From Macrostomum lignano (Eukaryota): a DNA stretch of 64,000 nucleotides. The stretch's first letter is position 1; the number at the start of each line of letters is the position of its first letter. The notes beneath the pieces were generated by a model, which saw nothing but the letters and a program-made list of their open reading frames with translations, was not told where the DNA came from and did no database searches. The position numbers and the translations under genes were made by a program. Shown here in pieces: positions 10,476-21,968 of this stretch. The stretch covers positions 186,001 to 250,000 of the forward strand of contig NIVC01000530.1 in assembly GCA_002269645.1 (NCBI GenBank). Reading direction: 5' to 3'.

Positions 10476-13400
10476 ACGTCTCGCAAAACTGAGTACAATT
10501 TTTGCAGAAAGTTAAAAGTATGGAAATAGTTTTTTAAATGCTGTGCTTTTTCTTTTCATATTTAAAGCAAACAACTTATATCCCCGAACTCAGCGTTGCA
10601 AGATCTTTCCAGCAATATAAGTTTCTCCTCTCAAAGTTTAAAACTCGGGGAACAGTTAGCGTTTGAAATTTACCAATTTCCCGACTGCTTGCTAAGTTGC
10701 TAGAGAAGCTCGCAAGTTTATTCATTGAATTTCACTGCCAAACTAATACACAGGGCTGCCTATGAAAAAAAGGCGCCAATAATAAAACCAAATGAATCTC
10801 GACACAGTCTATCTATTCACACTGTACAACTGCTATGTACACTCAGCCCAAGCCCAACCCCCGTTCTGGGTTAAGCATTAAATTTAACTCAGCCCCCCAA
10901 CACGCGGGGGGTTTTATTTGCATTGAACCCAGAACACGCGCACCCACCACCCCTCAATACACAGCGGCTCGCGGGCGGAGGTTGGGGTGGCTATTTTTAC
11001 AAACTGGCTGCAGCCCAGTCAGAGTGGCCAAAGAAGGTTATTGGGGGTTAAAAAAGCAGTTTTCTGCTTTTTTAGGGATGTTAAAATTGGAAAATTAAAA
11101 ATTAAAATAGCCTAAAGCCTGCTCCGGAAAATTTGCAGTTTTCCCATATAAGTTTCGACGCTGACTTGGCAGAATTGTAGGAGTTCACTTAATGCATACA
11201 GACAGACAGACAAACATCGCGTCAGTTTTAGTATAAGGGGACGAGTGGAACTCCTCCTCTGGAGGAGAAAGGGGAAGAACTCCCATCACCGGAATTCTGA
11301 AGGGGAAGAACTCCCATCAGCTGAAATTCCATGACTTGAATCCCATCTTCCAAATCATCTCCAAATCCTCTACAATGCATTTCAATTACCGGATATCTTG
11401 TTTTCCCTATTTGCAAAAACTCACTGGCATTGTCCAGACTCGGACTCTCATGTCTCTGCTCTCATTTCTCATATCTCATATCTTTCATATCACCCTCTCC
11501 TTTCTTATCTTCCATCTTTCTGCCCTCCTTACTACCGTCTCTTGTCACCTCTCTTTTCTCTCCTCTCCATTCTTCTCTCCTTTCCTTTCTCCTCTCATCT
11601 TCTCCCCTCTCTTCTCAAATCTCTCTCTCTCTTTTCTCACTTATCTCTTTTCTATTTGCATCTCTCATCTCTCATCTCTCTCCTCTCATATGTACTATCT
11701 TATTTATCTCTTCTCCCAGGTCTTTCAAATTTACTCTCTCCTGTCTCCTCTCTCCCTCGTCTCTCCTCTCTCATATCTCTTCTCTACTCACTTATCTATT
11801 CTCTTTACTCTGCTCCCCTTTTACACTTTCCTATATGCTCTCACTCTCACTCTCTCCTTTCTTATCTCCTGTTTTTACACTCCTTTCTACCACCTGTCTC
11901 CTCTCGTTTCTCTCCTCTCTGCACTCTCATCTTTACCCTCTTCTTTTTCCTCACTACTTTCTTCTCTTAAATCTCTGATCTCTGATCTTTCATCTCTCTC
12001 CTCTCAACTCTCACCTCTCTCCTCTCTTTCCTCTCTTCTATTGCCTCTGTGCGCTCTTATCCCTCTTTTCTTCTCTGTCCTGTCTCCTCTCTTCTATCTC
12101 ATATCTCCTCTCTCATATCCTCTCCCTTCATCTCCTCTCTCCTCTTCTCTTCTCTCTTCCTTCGTTCCCGCCTTACTACCCTCTTCTCTCCCATCTGTCA
12201 TGTCTAATCTCTCCACTCATTTCTACTCTGTTTTCTATCATCTCATCTCTCTTCTCTTTTCATTCTTCTCTTTACTCTCTTCTCTGACTGATTGAAGATG
12301 CCAAATCCATCAAGATCCTCTCCGCGCGAAGCAGAAATCCTGTCCGTGCAACTGAAAACCATCGAAATCGTCTCCGTGAAACTGGACTCCTTCGAAATCC
12401 TCTCCTTGAAACTTAAATTCATCAAAATCGTCTCCATAAAACAGAAATCAATCATAAATTATCTCCACGAAACAGAAATCCTCTCCGTGAAGCTGAACAC
12501 CATCGAAATCCTCTCCACGAAACAGAAATCCTCTCCGTCAAAATTAAAACATTGAAATCGTCTCCGCTAAACTGGACTCAATCAAAATTTTTCCGTCAAA
12601 CAACTCAACTCTCCGGATTCATTGGTTAGGGCTAGGGTTAGGGTTAGAACTACGCACAGCTTCGTGTTAAAAGGCACTGATAAAAATATTGAACTAATTG
12701 AATCAATTCACTGCGCAACCGATTTCACAGTCAGTCAGTATCAGTCTCAGTTAAAGTTAACAAAAACATTGCGCAATCTAAATCAACCCTCCAATACACA
12801 GCAGCAGTGAGAAGTTGAACCCTCCCCCCAACTTTATCTATTGTCTCGCAAAACTGAGTACAATTTTTGCAAAGTTAAAAGTATGGAAATAGTTTTTTAA
12901 ATGCTGTGCTTTTTCTTTTCATATTTAAAGCAAACAACTTATATCCCCGAACTCAGCGTTGCAAGATCTTTCCAGCAATATAAGTTTCTCCTCTCAAAGT
13001 TTAAAACTCGAGGAACAGTTAGCGTTTGAAATTTACCAATTTCCCGACTGCTTGCTAAGTTGCTAGAGAAGCTCGCAAGTTTATTCATTGAATTTCACTG
13101 CCAAACTAATACACAGGGCTGCCTATGGAAAAAAGGCGCCAATAATAAAACCAAATGAATCTCGACACAGTCTATCTATTCACACTGTACAACTGCTATG
13201 TACACTCAGCCCAAGCCCAACCCCCGTTCTGGGTTAAGCATTAAATTTAACTCAGCCCCCCAACACGCGGGGGTTTTATTTGCATTGAACCCAGAACACG
13301 CGCACCCACCACCCCTCAATACACAGCGGCTCGCGGGCGGAGGTTGGGGTGGCTATTTTTACAAACTGGCTGCAGCCCCAGTCAGAGTGGCCAAAGAAGG

Positions 13401-15993
13401 TTATTGGGGGTTAAAAAAGCAGTTTTCTGCTTTTTTAGGGATGTTAAAATTGGAAAATTAAAAATTAAAATAGCCTAAAGCCTGCTCCGGAAAATTTGCA
13501 GTTTTCCCATATAAGTTTCGACGCTGACTTGGCAGAATTGTAGGAGTTCACTTAATGCATACAGACAGACAGACAGACAAACATCGCGTCAGCTTTAGTA
13601 TTAGGAAGAAGAAGGAAGGACGAGGCCAACTCCTCCTCTGGAGGAGAAAGGGGAAGAACTCCCATCACCGGAATTCCATTCCCTGAAATCCATCAGCGGA
13701 AATTCCATGACTTGAATCCCATCTTCCAAATCATCTCCAAATCCTCTGTAAAGCCTTTCAAATACCATATCTTGTTTTCCCTGTTCGCAAAAACTGACTG
13801 CCATTGTCCAGACTCAGATTCTTCTGTCTCCTCTCTTCTCTTTTCTCTCCTCTCACGTCTCTCATCTCTACCACCTTATTTATCTCTTCTCCCTCGTCTT
13901 TCGTCTTTCTCTCCTGTCTCCTTTATCCCCTGTTTTTTCCTCTCTCCTCTCTTCTCTCCTCTCTCATCTCTCATCCCTCATGCCTCATCTCACTATTTCT
14001 TTCTCCTCTACTCTCAGCTCCTCTCTTCTCTCTCCTCTCCTCTCTCCTGTCTCCCTCTGCTATCTCATATCTTCCCTCTCATCTCCTCTCTCCTCTTTTC
14101 TTCTCTCTCCATCTTCGTTCCCGCCTTACTCCCCTCTTCTCTCCCATCTGTCATGTCTAATCTGTCCTCTCTCATCTCTACTCTCTTTTCTATAATCTCT
14201 TCTCTCTTCTCTTTTCACTCTTCTCTTTTCACTCTTCTCTCTTCTCTCTTCTCTTTTCACTCTTCTCTTTACTCTCTTTACTGACTGACTGAAGATACCA
14301 AATCCATCAAAATCCCTCCATGAAACAGAAATCCTCTCCGCGAAACAGAAATCCTCTCCGCGAAACAGAAATCCTCTCCGCGAAACAGAAATCCTCTCCG
14401 TGAAACTGGGCTCCATGGAAATCCTCTGAGTGAAACTGACATCCATCAAAATCGTCTCCGTAAAACAGAAATACATCTAGATTCTCTCCACGAAAAAGAA
14501 ATCCTCTCCGTGAAACCGAAAACCATCAGAATACTCCGTGAAACTGGACTCAATCGAAATTTTCTCTGTCAAAAAGAACTTAACTCTCAGAATTCATTGG
14601 TTAGGGTTAGGGTTCGAGCTGCACAGAGCTGCGTGTTGAATTAATTGAATCAATTAATTGCGCAAACCATTTCTCAGTCAGACAGTATCAGTCTTATTTA
14701 AAGTTAAATAAACGGTTGCGCAATCTAAATCAACCCTCCAATACGCAGCGGCAGACCCCCTTCCAATACGCCCAACTTTATCTATTACGTCTCGCAAAAC
14801 TGAGTACAATTTTTGCAGAAAGTTAAAAGTATGGAAATAGTTTTTTAAATGCTGTGCTTTTTCTTTTCATATTTAAAGCAAACAACTTATATCCCCGAAC
14901 TCAGCGTTGCAAGATCTTTCCAGCAATATAAGTTTCTCCTCTCAAAGTTTAAAACTCGAGGAACAGTTAGCGTTTGAAATTTACCAATTTCCCGACTGCT
15001 TGCTAAGTTGCTAGAGAAGCTCGCAAGTTTATTCATTGAATTTCACTGCCAAACTAATACACAGGGCTGCCTATGAAAAAAAGGCGCCAATAATAAAACC
15101 AAATGAATCTCGACACAGTCTATCTATTCACACTGTACAACTGCTATGTACACTCAGCCCAAGCCCAACCCCCGTTCTGGGTTAAGCATTAAATTTAACT
15201 CAGCCCCCAACACGCGGGGGGTTTTATTTGCATTGAACCCAGAACACGCGCACCCACCACCCCTCAATACACAGCGGCTCGCAGGCGGAGGTTGGGGTGG
15301 CTATTTTTACAAACTGGCTGCAGCCCCAGTCAGAGTGGCCAAAGAAGGTTATTGGGGGTTAAAAAAGCAGTTTTCTGCTTTTTTAGGGATGTTAAAATTG
15401 GAAAATTAAAAATTAAAATAGCCTAAAGCCTGCTCCGGAAAATTTGCAGTTTTCCCATATAAGTTTCGACGCTGACTTGGCAGAATTGTAGGAGTTCACT
15501 TAATGCATACAGACAGACAGACAAACATCGCGTCAGTTTTAGTATAAGGGGAAGGGGAAGACAGACAGACAAACATCGCGTCAGTTTTAGTATAAGGGGA
15601 AGGGGATTTAGTATTAGGAAGGAAGGAAAAGGAGGAAGGAAGGATTTAGTATTAGGAAGAAGGAAGAGGAAGAGAGATGAATACTGTAATAAGGTATATA
15701 GTATTTATTATACACAAGTTTTAGTAGATTTTGTATATTCCAATCTAATAACTAGGTGCTTTTTTAAAAAACTAGTATTTTGTTAAAATGCTATCTCAAA
15801 TTCTTATAAAGTATATATTTTTCACTTTCATTTTGTTTAAATGCTATCTCAAATTCTTATAAAGTATATATTTTTCACTTTCCTAGGCTCAATTATTTTT
15901 TACATTATATTTTATTTATTGCAGACAATCAGTGGCCCAAAAAAGAGGTGAGGCCTAAAAAGTGAACTAATACAACACTCTTATAAAATTGAC

Positions 15994-17521
15994 ATGGATC
16001 TGTATATTGACTGTCCACTTGGGCCCACCCTGAGACTGTCTGCATCGCCATGCGACACTGTGCTATCAGTGAAGCTGCGCCTGCAAGCGCTTCTGTGCAA
16101 CAGTCTGCCAGCCAATCAGCAGCGACTTGTGTGGCGTACCTGCGAACTTGTCAATGAGCGACAACTAAGCGACTATAGCCTTGAATCTGGCTGCACTATT
16201 AGACTACTGCCGCGTCTGTTTGCTGGCCCAACTAATATGCAGCAGCTGCCGTCTGCTTCTGCGTTTCAGCAGCAACAGCAGCAGCTCTTAGCTTTTCAGG
16301 CTTATCGTTTGACGGTGAGGTAGCATTTGGATGGGCTTTATTGAAACTAGAAGGGGATCAGTTTTTGCTCCTATTGTCAGAAAGATCCCTTTTGTCTACC
16401 TGCTGACTGAGATTTACCGTTATTTCACACTATCCACAGTTTATTGCACACAGTCCACGCTATTTCCCTGAATTCCATGCTGACTGGGATTTCCCTGTAT
16501 TGCCCGCTGACTGGGATTTCTTTGCGTTTTACGCTAACTACTTTTTTCTTTATCATCTACCGACTGGGATTTCCCTCCATTCCACGCTGGCTGGGATTTC
16601 CCTCTATTCCACGCTGGCTGGGATTTCCCTCTATTCCACGCTGGCTGGGATTTCCCTCTATTCCACGCTGGCTGGGATTTCCCTCTATTCCACGCTGGTT
16701 GGGATTTCCCTCTATCCCACACTGGCTGGGATTTCCCTCTTGTAGGCTTGTCGGGATTTCCGTTTATTCCACACTGGATGGGAATTCTATTCCCCGCTGC
16801 CTGGGATTTCCCTCTAGTCTAGGCTGACCCTCTATTCTAGGCTCAATGGGATTTCCCTCTATTCTGGGTTTCCCTCTATTCCACGCTGGCTGGGATTTCC
16901 CTTGAGTTTACAAAACATCTTAATTTATTTAGCTCATCATTGCTAATTTACTCGCAGATGGAGCAGCAACAATTGCAGCAGCAGTTACAACAACAGTATC
17001 ATCAGCAACCGGTGCTACCATCAACAAGCTACTCTGCCACAATGCCAGTCGGTTACTATCTAGTCTATTGCTTGCGCCCATCTAATAACAGGGACGGTAT
17101 TAGCAGTGTAGGCGGTGGCGGCGGCAGCGTTGGCTTTGATCTGGTCTGCGTGTCCTACTGCTTAGCAACTGCAACAACGTCGACAGCAATAATAGCAAAT
17201 AGTGCCAATGAGGCCCAGACTTCCACTAGCAGCAGCAGCAGCAGCAGCAGCAGTTCACCCAAATCCCAACCAGATTTGTTGCACATCTCTCAGGTAGACG
17301 CTCGAGATTCGGTCAATCCAAGAAGCGTCGATCGTTGCCAAGCCTGTCGACGACGAACCGGTCCGTCGTCGAGTTTCGAATGTCGCTGCGGTCGGATCTA
17401 TTGCGCCAGGCACCGTTACCCGGAGAGCCACTCTTGCAGCTTCGATTTTAAAGAGCAGGGTCGGCAACTCCTGCGCGAATCGAATCCCAGGGTATTGGCG
17501 CCTAAATTGCAGCGCATCTGA
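15994..17521 (+). CDS. ZFAND4: AN1-type zinc finger and ubiquitin-like domain protein (ZFAND4/ANUBL1-like), 294 aa; exons 15994-16314, 16958-17521
   Basis: N-terminal ubiquitin-like fold (..SVKLRLQ..LPANQQRLVW..L..ERQLSDYSL..GCTIRL). C-terminal AN1 finger CQACRRRTG..SSFECRCGRIYCARHRYPESHSCSFDFK...NPRVLAPKLQRI. Phase-0 GT-AG intron 16315-16957. Confidence 0.85.
16470..16902. repeat. 27-bp minisatellite (GCTGGCTGGGATTTCCCTCTATTCCAC) in the ZFAND4 intron
   Basis: About 6 near-perfect central copies with degenerate flanking copies. Confidence 0.9.
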
Positions 17522-17611
17522 TTTTTGCAATGCGCATGCGGGACTTTGGCGGGGCCGCCACGGACTTTGGATACGCTTGGTTTGTTTGAATGCTTCACGA
17601 TTGGGACTAGG

Positions 17612-18680
17612 GCCAGTTTAACACCTGGAATCAGTGATAGTTTAACACCTGGAATCAGTGATAGTTTAACACCTGGAACCAGTGATAGTTTAACACCTGG
17701 AGTCAGTGATAGTAACACCTGGAACCAGTGATAGTTTAACATCTGGAACCAGTGATAGTTTAACACCTGGAACCAGTGATAGTTTAACACCTGGAACCAG
17801 TGATAGTTTAACATCTGGAACCATTGATAGTTTAACATCTGGAACCAGTGATAGTTTAACATCTGGAACCAGTGATAGTTTAACACCTGGAACCAGTGAT
17901 AGTTTAACACCTGGAACCATTGATAGTTTAACATCTGGAACCAGTGATAGTTTAACATCTGGAACCAGTGATAGTTTAACACCTGGAGTCAGTGATAGTA
18001 ACACCTGGAACCAGTGATAGTTTAACATCTGGAACCAGTGATAGTTTAACACCTGGAACCAGTGATAGTTTAACACCTGGAACCAGTGATAGTTTAACAT
18101 CTGGAACCATTGATAGTTTAACATCTGGAACCAGTGATAGTTTAACACCTGGAACCAGTGATAGTTTAACACCTGGAACCAGTGATAGTTTAACATCTGG
18201 AACCAGTGATAGTTTAACACCTGGAACCAGTGATAGTTTAACATCTGGAACCAGTGATAGTTTAACACCTGGAACCAGTGATAGTTTAACATCTGGAACC
18301 ATTGATAGTTTAACATCTGGAACCAGTGATAGTTTAACACCTGGAATCAGTGATAGTTTAACACCTGGAACCAGTGATAGTTTAACACCTGGAATCAGTG
18401 ATAGTTTAACATCTGGAACCAGTGATAGTTTAACATCTGGAACCAGTGATAGTTTAACATCTGGAACCAGTGATAGTTTAACATCTGGAACCAGTGATAG
18501 TTTAACACCTGGAATCAGTGATAGTTTAACACCTGGAACCAGTGATAGTTTAACATCTGGAACCAGTGACAGTTAAACACCTGATATCGGTGATAGTTTA
18601 ACACATGGAACCAGTGATAGTTTAACACATGGAACCAGTGATAGTTAACACCTGAAACCAGTGATAGTTTAACACCTGGA
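17612..18680. repeat. 24-bp minisatellite (ACCTGGAACCAGTGATAGTTTAAC) with a 286-bp higher-order repeat
   Basis: About 44 units. The 22-bp variant GTCAGTGATAGTAACACC recurs at about 17702 and 17988 (11x24+22=286). Confidence 0.95.
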
Positions 18681-19629
18681 AACTGTAAAATAAAGCTAAG
18701 CGTGACTAAGTATCCAACGGTGAAGCACCGCCCTGCCCAGAGCACCATGGACCATATTATATACTGAAAAGATTTGAGTTCCCAATGCCAGATACAGTCG
18801 GAACTGAGCTCAAATTTCAGGCAAACCTTATTCTTGCCATCGGACAGGCAAGCATACAAATTAGCAGCTAAAAGACTGTGTCGCTAATTATATGTTTTAG
18901 CATTATGCAAATCGGCGCAATACTTACATTAATACCGACTATGTACGCCTTCGCCTTCGGTGCTAATATCTAATCTTGCGCATTATTACTGGAATTCTGC
19001 AACAGCAGCTCAGGTGAAATGGGTACAAAAAACATCTCAGTTTTATCTGAATATATTCAATTATCCTGATTTACTTTCGTTGCCATGCAATAATTCGGTT
19101 GCATTTTTATTCATCATCATTTTAATTTTTATCCTTTCCTTAACTAAACAAAATCATTTTATCCGGTGTTTTAATTTTCAATAAGTTTTTTAACGAACAC
19201 AGAAAAACAAATTAATCAAAAGCTAGCAGAGAAGTATGGCAGACGTGTAAAAAAGCCATCGTTGCATTTTCTGTTTAATGATCAAAAATATCTGTTCCCA
19301 GAGCAAGTGAGGCCATTGTCGCAGCTGTTTGAGTGCAAACGCGCACCTGTACACCCCTCTTACCACGTCAGGAGGCCGAAGCTCCTAAAATGCAGAGTTT
19401 CAGCGAGCAAATGTATTATTTACTATCCAAGTTAATAACTAATTATCGCCCCAGACCAATTTCGGAACGCGCGAGCTCCATCCAAGCCAACAGTTTTGTC
19501 CACAGTAAATCGGCATTGTTGCTCGGAAGCATTTTAATTTTTCTATTTACAACTATCAATAAAGAAAGATGATTGCGCGGTCTTTTTGAGCGGTCTTATT
19601 TATTTATTGAAGTGGAATCATCTGGTGTA

Positions 19630-19880
19630 TCAAGTGGCAGAGGAGAGAGAACAGGAAAGAGGAGATAAAAGGAGAGATAAGAGATAGAGAGTAGGTAGAA
19701 GGTGCCCAGTAGAAAGAACATCCCGCCTAATGTTCCTAAGGTCCGTATTTGGCTGGGCAAACGGATTTTAGACGATTTTTTTTATTTTACTTTTAAGAGC
19801 TGAAAAGAGAACCAGAGCGGTCCGGATTGCTATTGTGAAGTTTCAAAGGACCCCCGAGGGCCGGAGTTAGCCGACCACTG
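19630..19880 (-). mobile_element. hAT-like MITE fragment
   Basis: Terminus CAGTGGTCGGCTAACTCCGGCC on the minus strand. Shares CCGGATTGCTA(TA)TTGTGAAG.TTCAAAGGAC and a GA-rich segment with the element at 29390-29875. Confidence 0.4.
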
Positions 19881-21438
19881 TGCTCAACTATCAACAATTT
19901 ATTCCAGCTCCCTATAAGATATTCATTTCACATTCTTCTTGATGTGTTCCTTATTACCAGAATTTCTTTGTAATCAAGAAACAATCACTTCTAGCACTTA
20001 GCTAGGCAACCCAGTTATCAATTGAAGGTACTGCTTACCTTGACTTCGTATGAGATATCTCTTCAGTAGTTCTCGTTGTAGATCTCACAGTAGATTTCGT
20101 CCATTGTCTTCCGGAAGAATAGGTATGAATCTGTTGTTCTGGTCCTGCTTCTCCTGGTACTTCCGATTCCGATGAAGTAGTTTCCGGCCGGTATCTGCAG
20201 TCAGGACTAATCAGAGGCCTCGTATCAAACAATGGGTACCCTGCGCCGAATAGCGGTTTCTCTTTAGCCTTCTCCTTCTAGTAGTGCCTCTATGCACTCT
20301 AGGTATTGCTCCGGTAATCTCTAATAGATTCTCTAAGATCTATTAGGGTAGTCCTTCTGGCGACTACTGCCACTAGAGTCTCAACAGACTAACACTATAA
20401 CAATAGTGAATCGACTCAACATTCAACAACAACTTGACCGAGTCTCGATTGACTTGGTGATCAAGAAGTCTCGCTAAGGACTTTCTCTTCGGAGCGCTCC
20501 TCTTACGTGGGGAGAATGGCTTTGAACCGCTTTGGGCCGCTTGTATTTATAGACGATTTCGTAGGCCAAAAATAGTAACATGACTAATGTGCTAAAATAG
20601 CAAAGTGATTCATCTGCTATAAATAGTAACATGATTCATTTGCTAAAAATAGTAACATACTTAGTAGCATTCTACAATTGTCAATTTACTTTTGCGGGAG
20701 GTAGAACACTCTACATTCTCTCGCTACTTGCTAGTAGGCGTTCGATTTTAAAGTTTGAATTTCCATCGATAGAGAAAGTTAGAAACTTTTCTGATAAAAA
20801 GTCTGTCAAAACGAAGACCAAAGAAGACAAACAATTACTGACAAAATAGTCGCGAAAAAACATCGGAAGCGCGCAATTCTTTTAGGCATTTATTATTTAT
20901 TCCATTGACTTCAATTGACATTCGAATTTGAATGGTTTATATGCACAGTTTACTACTAATAGTACATTTAATTTATAAAGAGATATAATATAATGATTGG
21001 TCCATTATTAGGGTGTTCAAATAGCTCAGAAAACAACTTAATTTACAGTATCCTGATAGCAAAGGTAATTATCGATAGTAAAAGTGTTGCATAATTATCA
21101 AGACTGCAATTAAAACAAAATCTTCACATGACTAAAGCAAATTAATTGTATCAAAGAACCAGAAAAAATGCCTAACAATACTAGCCGGGTCTGGAACTAT
21201 TAACTAAAATTGCAATGTACATGTACTATTCGAATATATCGATATTACAAACGCACTTGTTCGACCAGTCTGATCCAGGTGACTATCAATATAAAACCAG
21301 GGTTAATATGACCTACGAGCGTATGCTGAGAGCGTAACATTTGATGACGGGTTGAGAAACGTTTGAGGAAGGGAGATCTCGCACAGAAGAATAAGATCTC
21401 AGAGTCTCCAGTGAGATCTTAGAGTCAAGTGAGGGATA

Positions 21439-21860
21439 TCTCACAGTCAGGTGAGTAAGATCTTGAGTCCGGTGAGATCTCACAGCCAGGTGAGTAAGAT
21501 CTTGAGTCCGGTGAGATCTCACAGTCAGGTGAGTAAGATCTTGAGTCCGGTGAGATCTCACAGCTAGGTGAGTAAGATCTTGAGTCCGGTGAGATCTCAC
21601 AGTCAGGTGAGTAAGATCTTGAGTCCGGTGAGATCTCACAGCCAGGTGAGTAAGATCTTGAGTCCGGTGAGATCTCACAGTCAGGTGAGTAAGATCTTGA
21701 GTCCGGTGAGATCTCACAGTCAGGTGAGTAAGATCTTGAGTCCGGTGAGATCTCACAGCCAGGTGAGTAAGATCTTGAGTCCGGTGAGATCTCACAGTCA
21801 GGTGAGTAAGATCTTGAGTCCGGTGAGATCTCACAGTCAGGTGAGAGATCTCAGTCAGGT
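21439..21860. repeat. 39-bp minisatellite (TCTCACAGTCAGGTGAGTAAGATCTTGAGTCCGGTGAGA) downstream of the WIPI stop
   Basis: 11 copies; YAGGTGAG recurs every 39 bp from 21448 to 21838. Confidence 0.95.
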
Positions 21861-21968
21861 CCTGATGAGGGTCTCGAACACCGGTGTAAAAATCTTCGAA
21901 GTTCTACCAGCCGTCAAAGCATTGAATATGTAAGCTCAGGCTCAAAGCACCGCTTGCTAACTGACAAA

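Larger units (their letters stand above)
6159..15680 (+). repeat. Hierarchical tandem array A1-C-A2-C-C-A1'-C-A2'-C with a period of about 5.08 kb
   Basis: A1 6159-7765, C 7766-8543, A2 8544-9710, C 9711-10475, C 10476-11240, A1' 11241-12842, C 12843-13619, A2' 13620-14786, C 14787-15551, then stuttered 3' ends to about 15680. Offsets: A1 to A1' 5082, A2 to A2' 5076. Confidence 0.9.

Noticed and set aside
3356-14476. Many long Leu/Ser/Phe-rich (+) and Arg/Glu-rich (-) ORFs
   Set aside because: They are translations of CT-rich low-complexity DNA that lacks stop codons, open in several frames at once, with no domain signal.
18515-18859. 114-aa minus-strand ORF next to the 24-bp array
   Set aside because: No homology recognised, no convincing splice partner, and half of it is repeat-derived.
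20035-20560. LTR-like segment (minus-strand TATAAATA at 20544-20551, GTAAG donor near 20038)
   Set aside because: No partner LTR, primer-binding site, TG..CA ends or gag/pol remnant could be identified.
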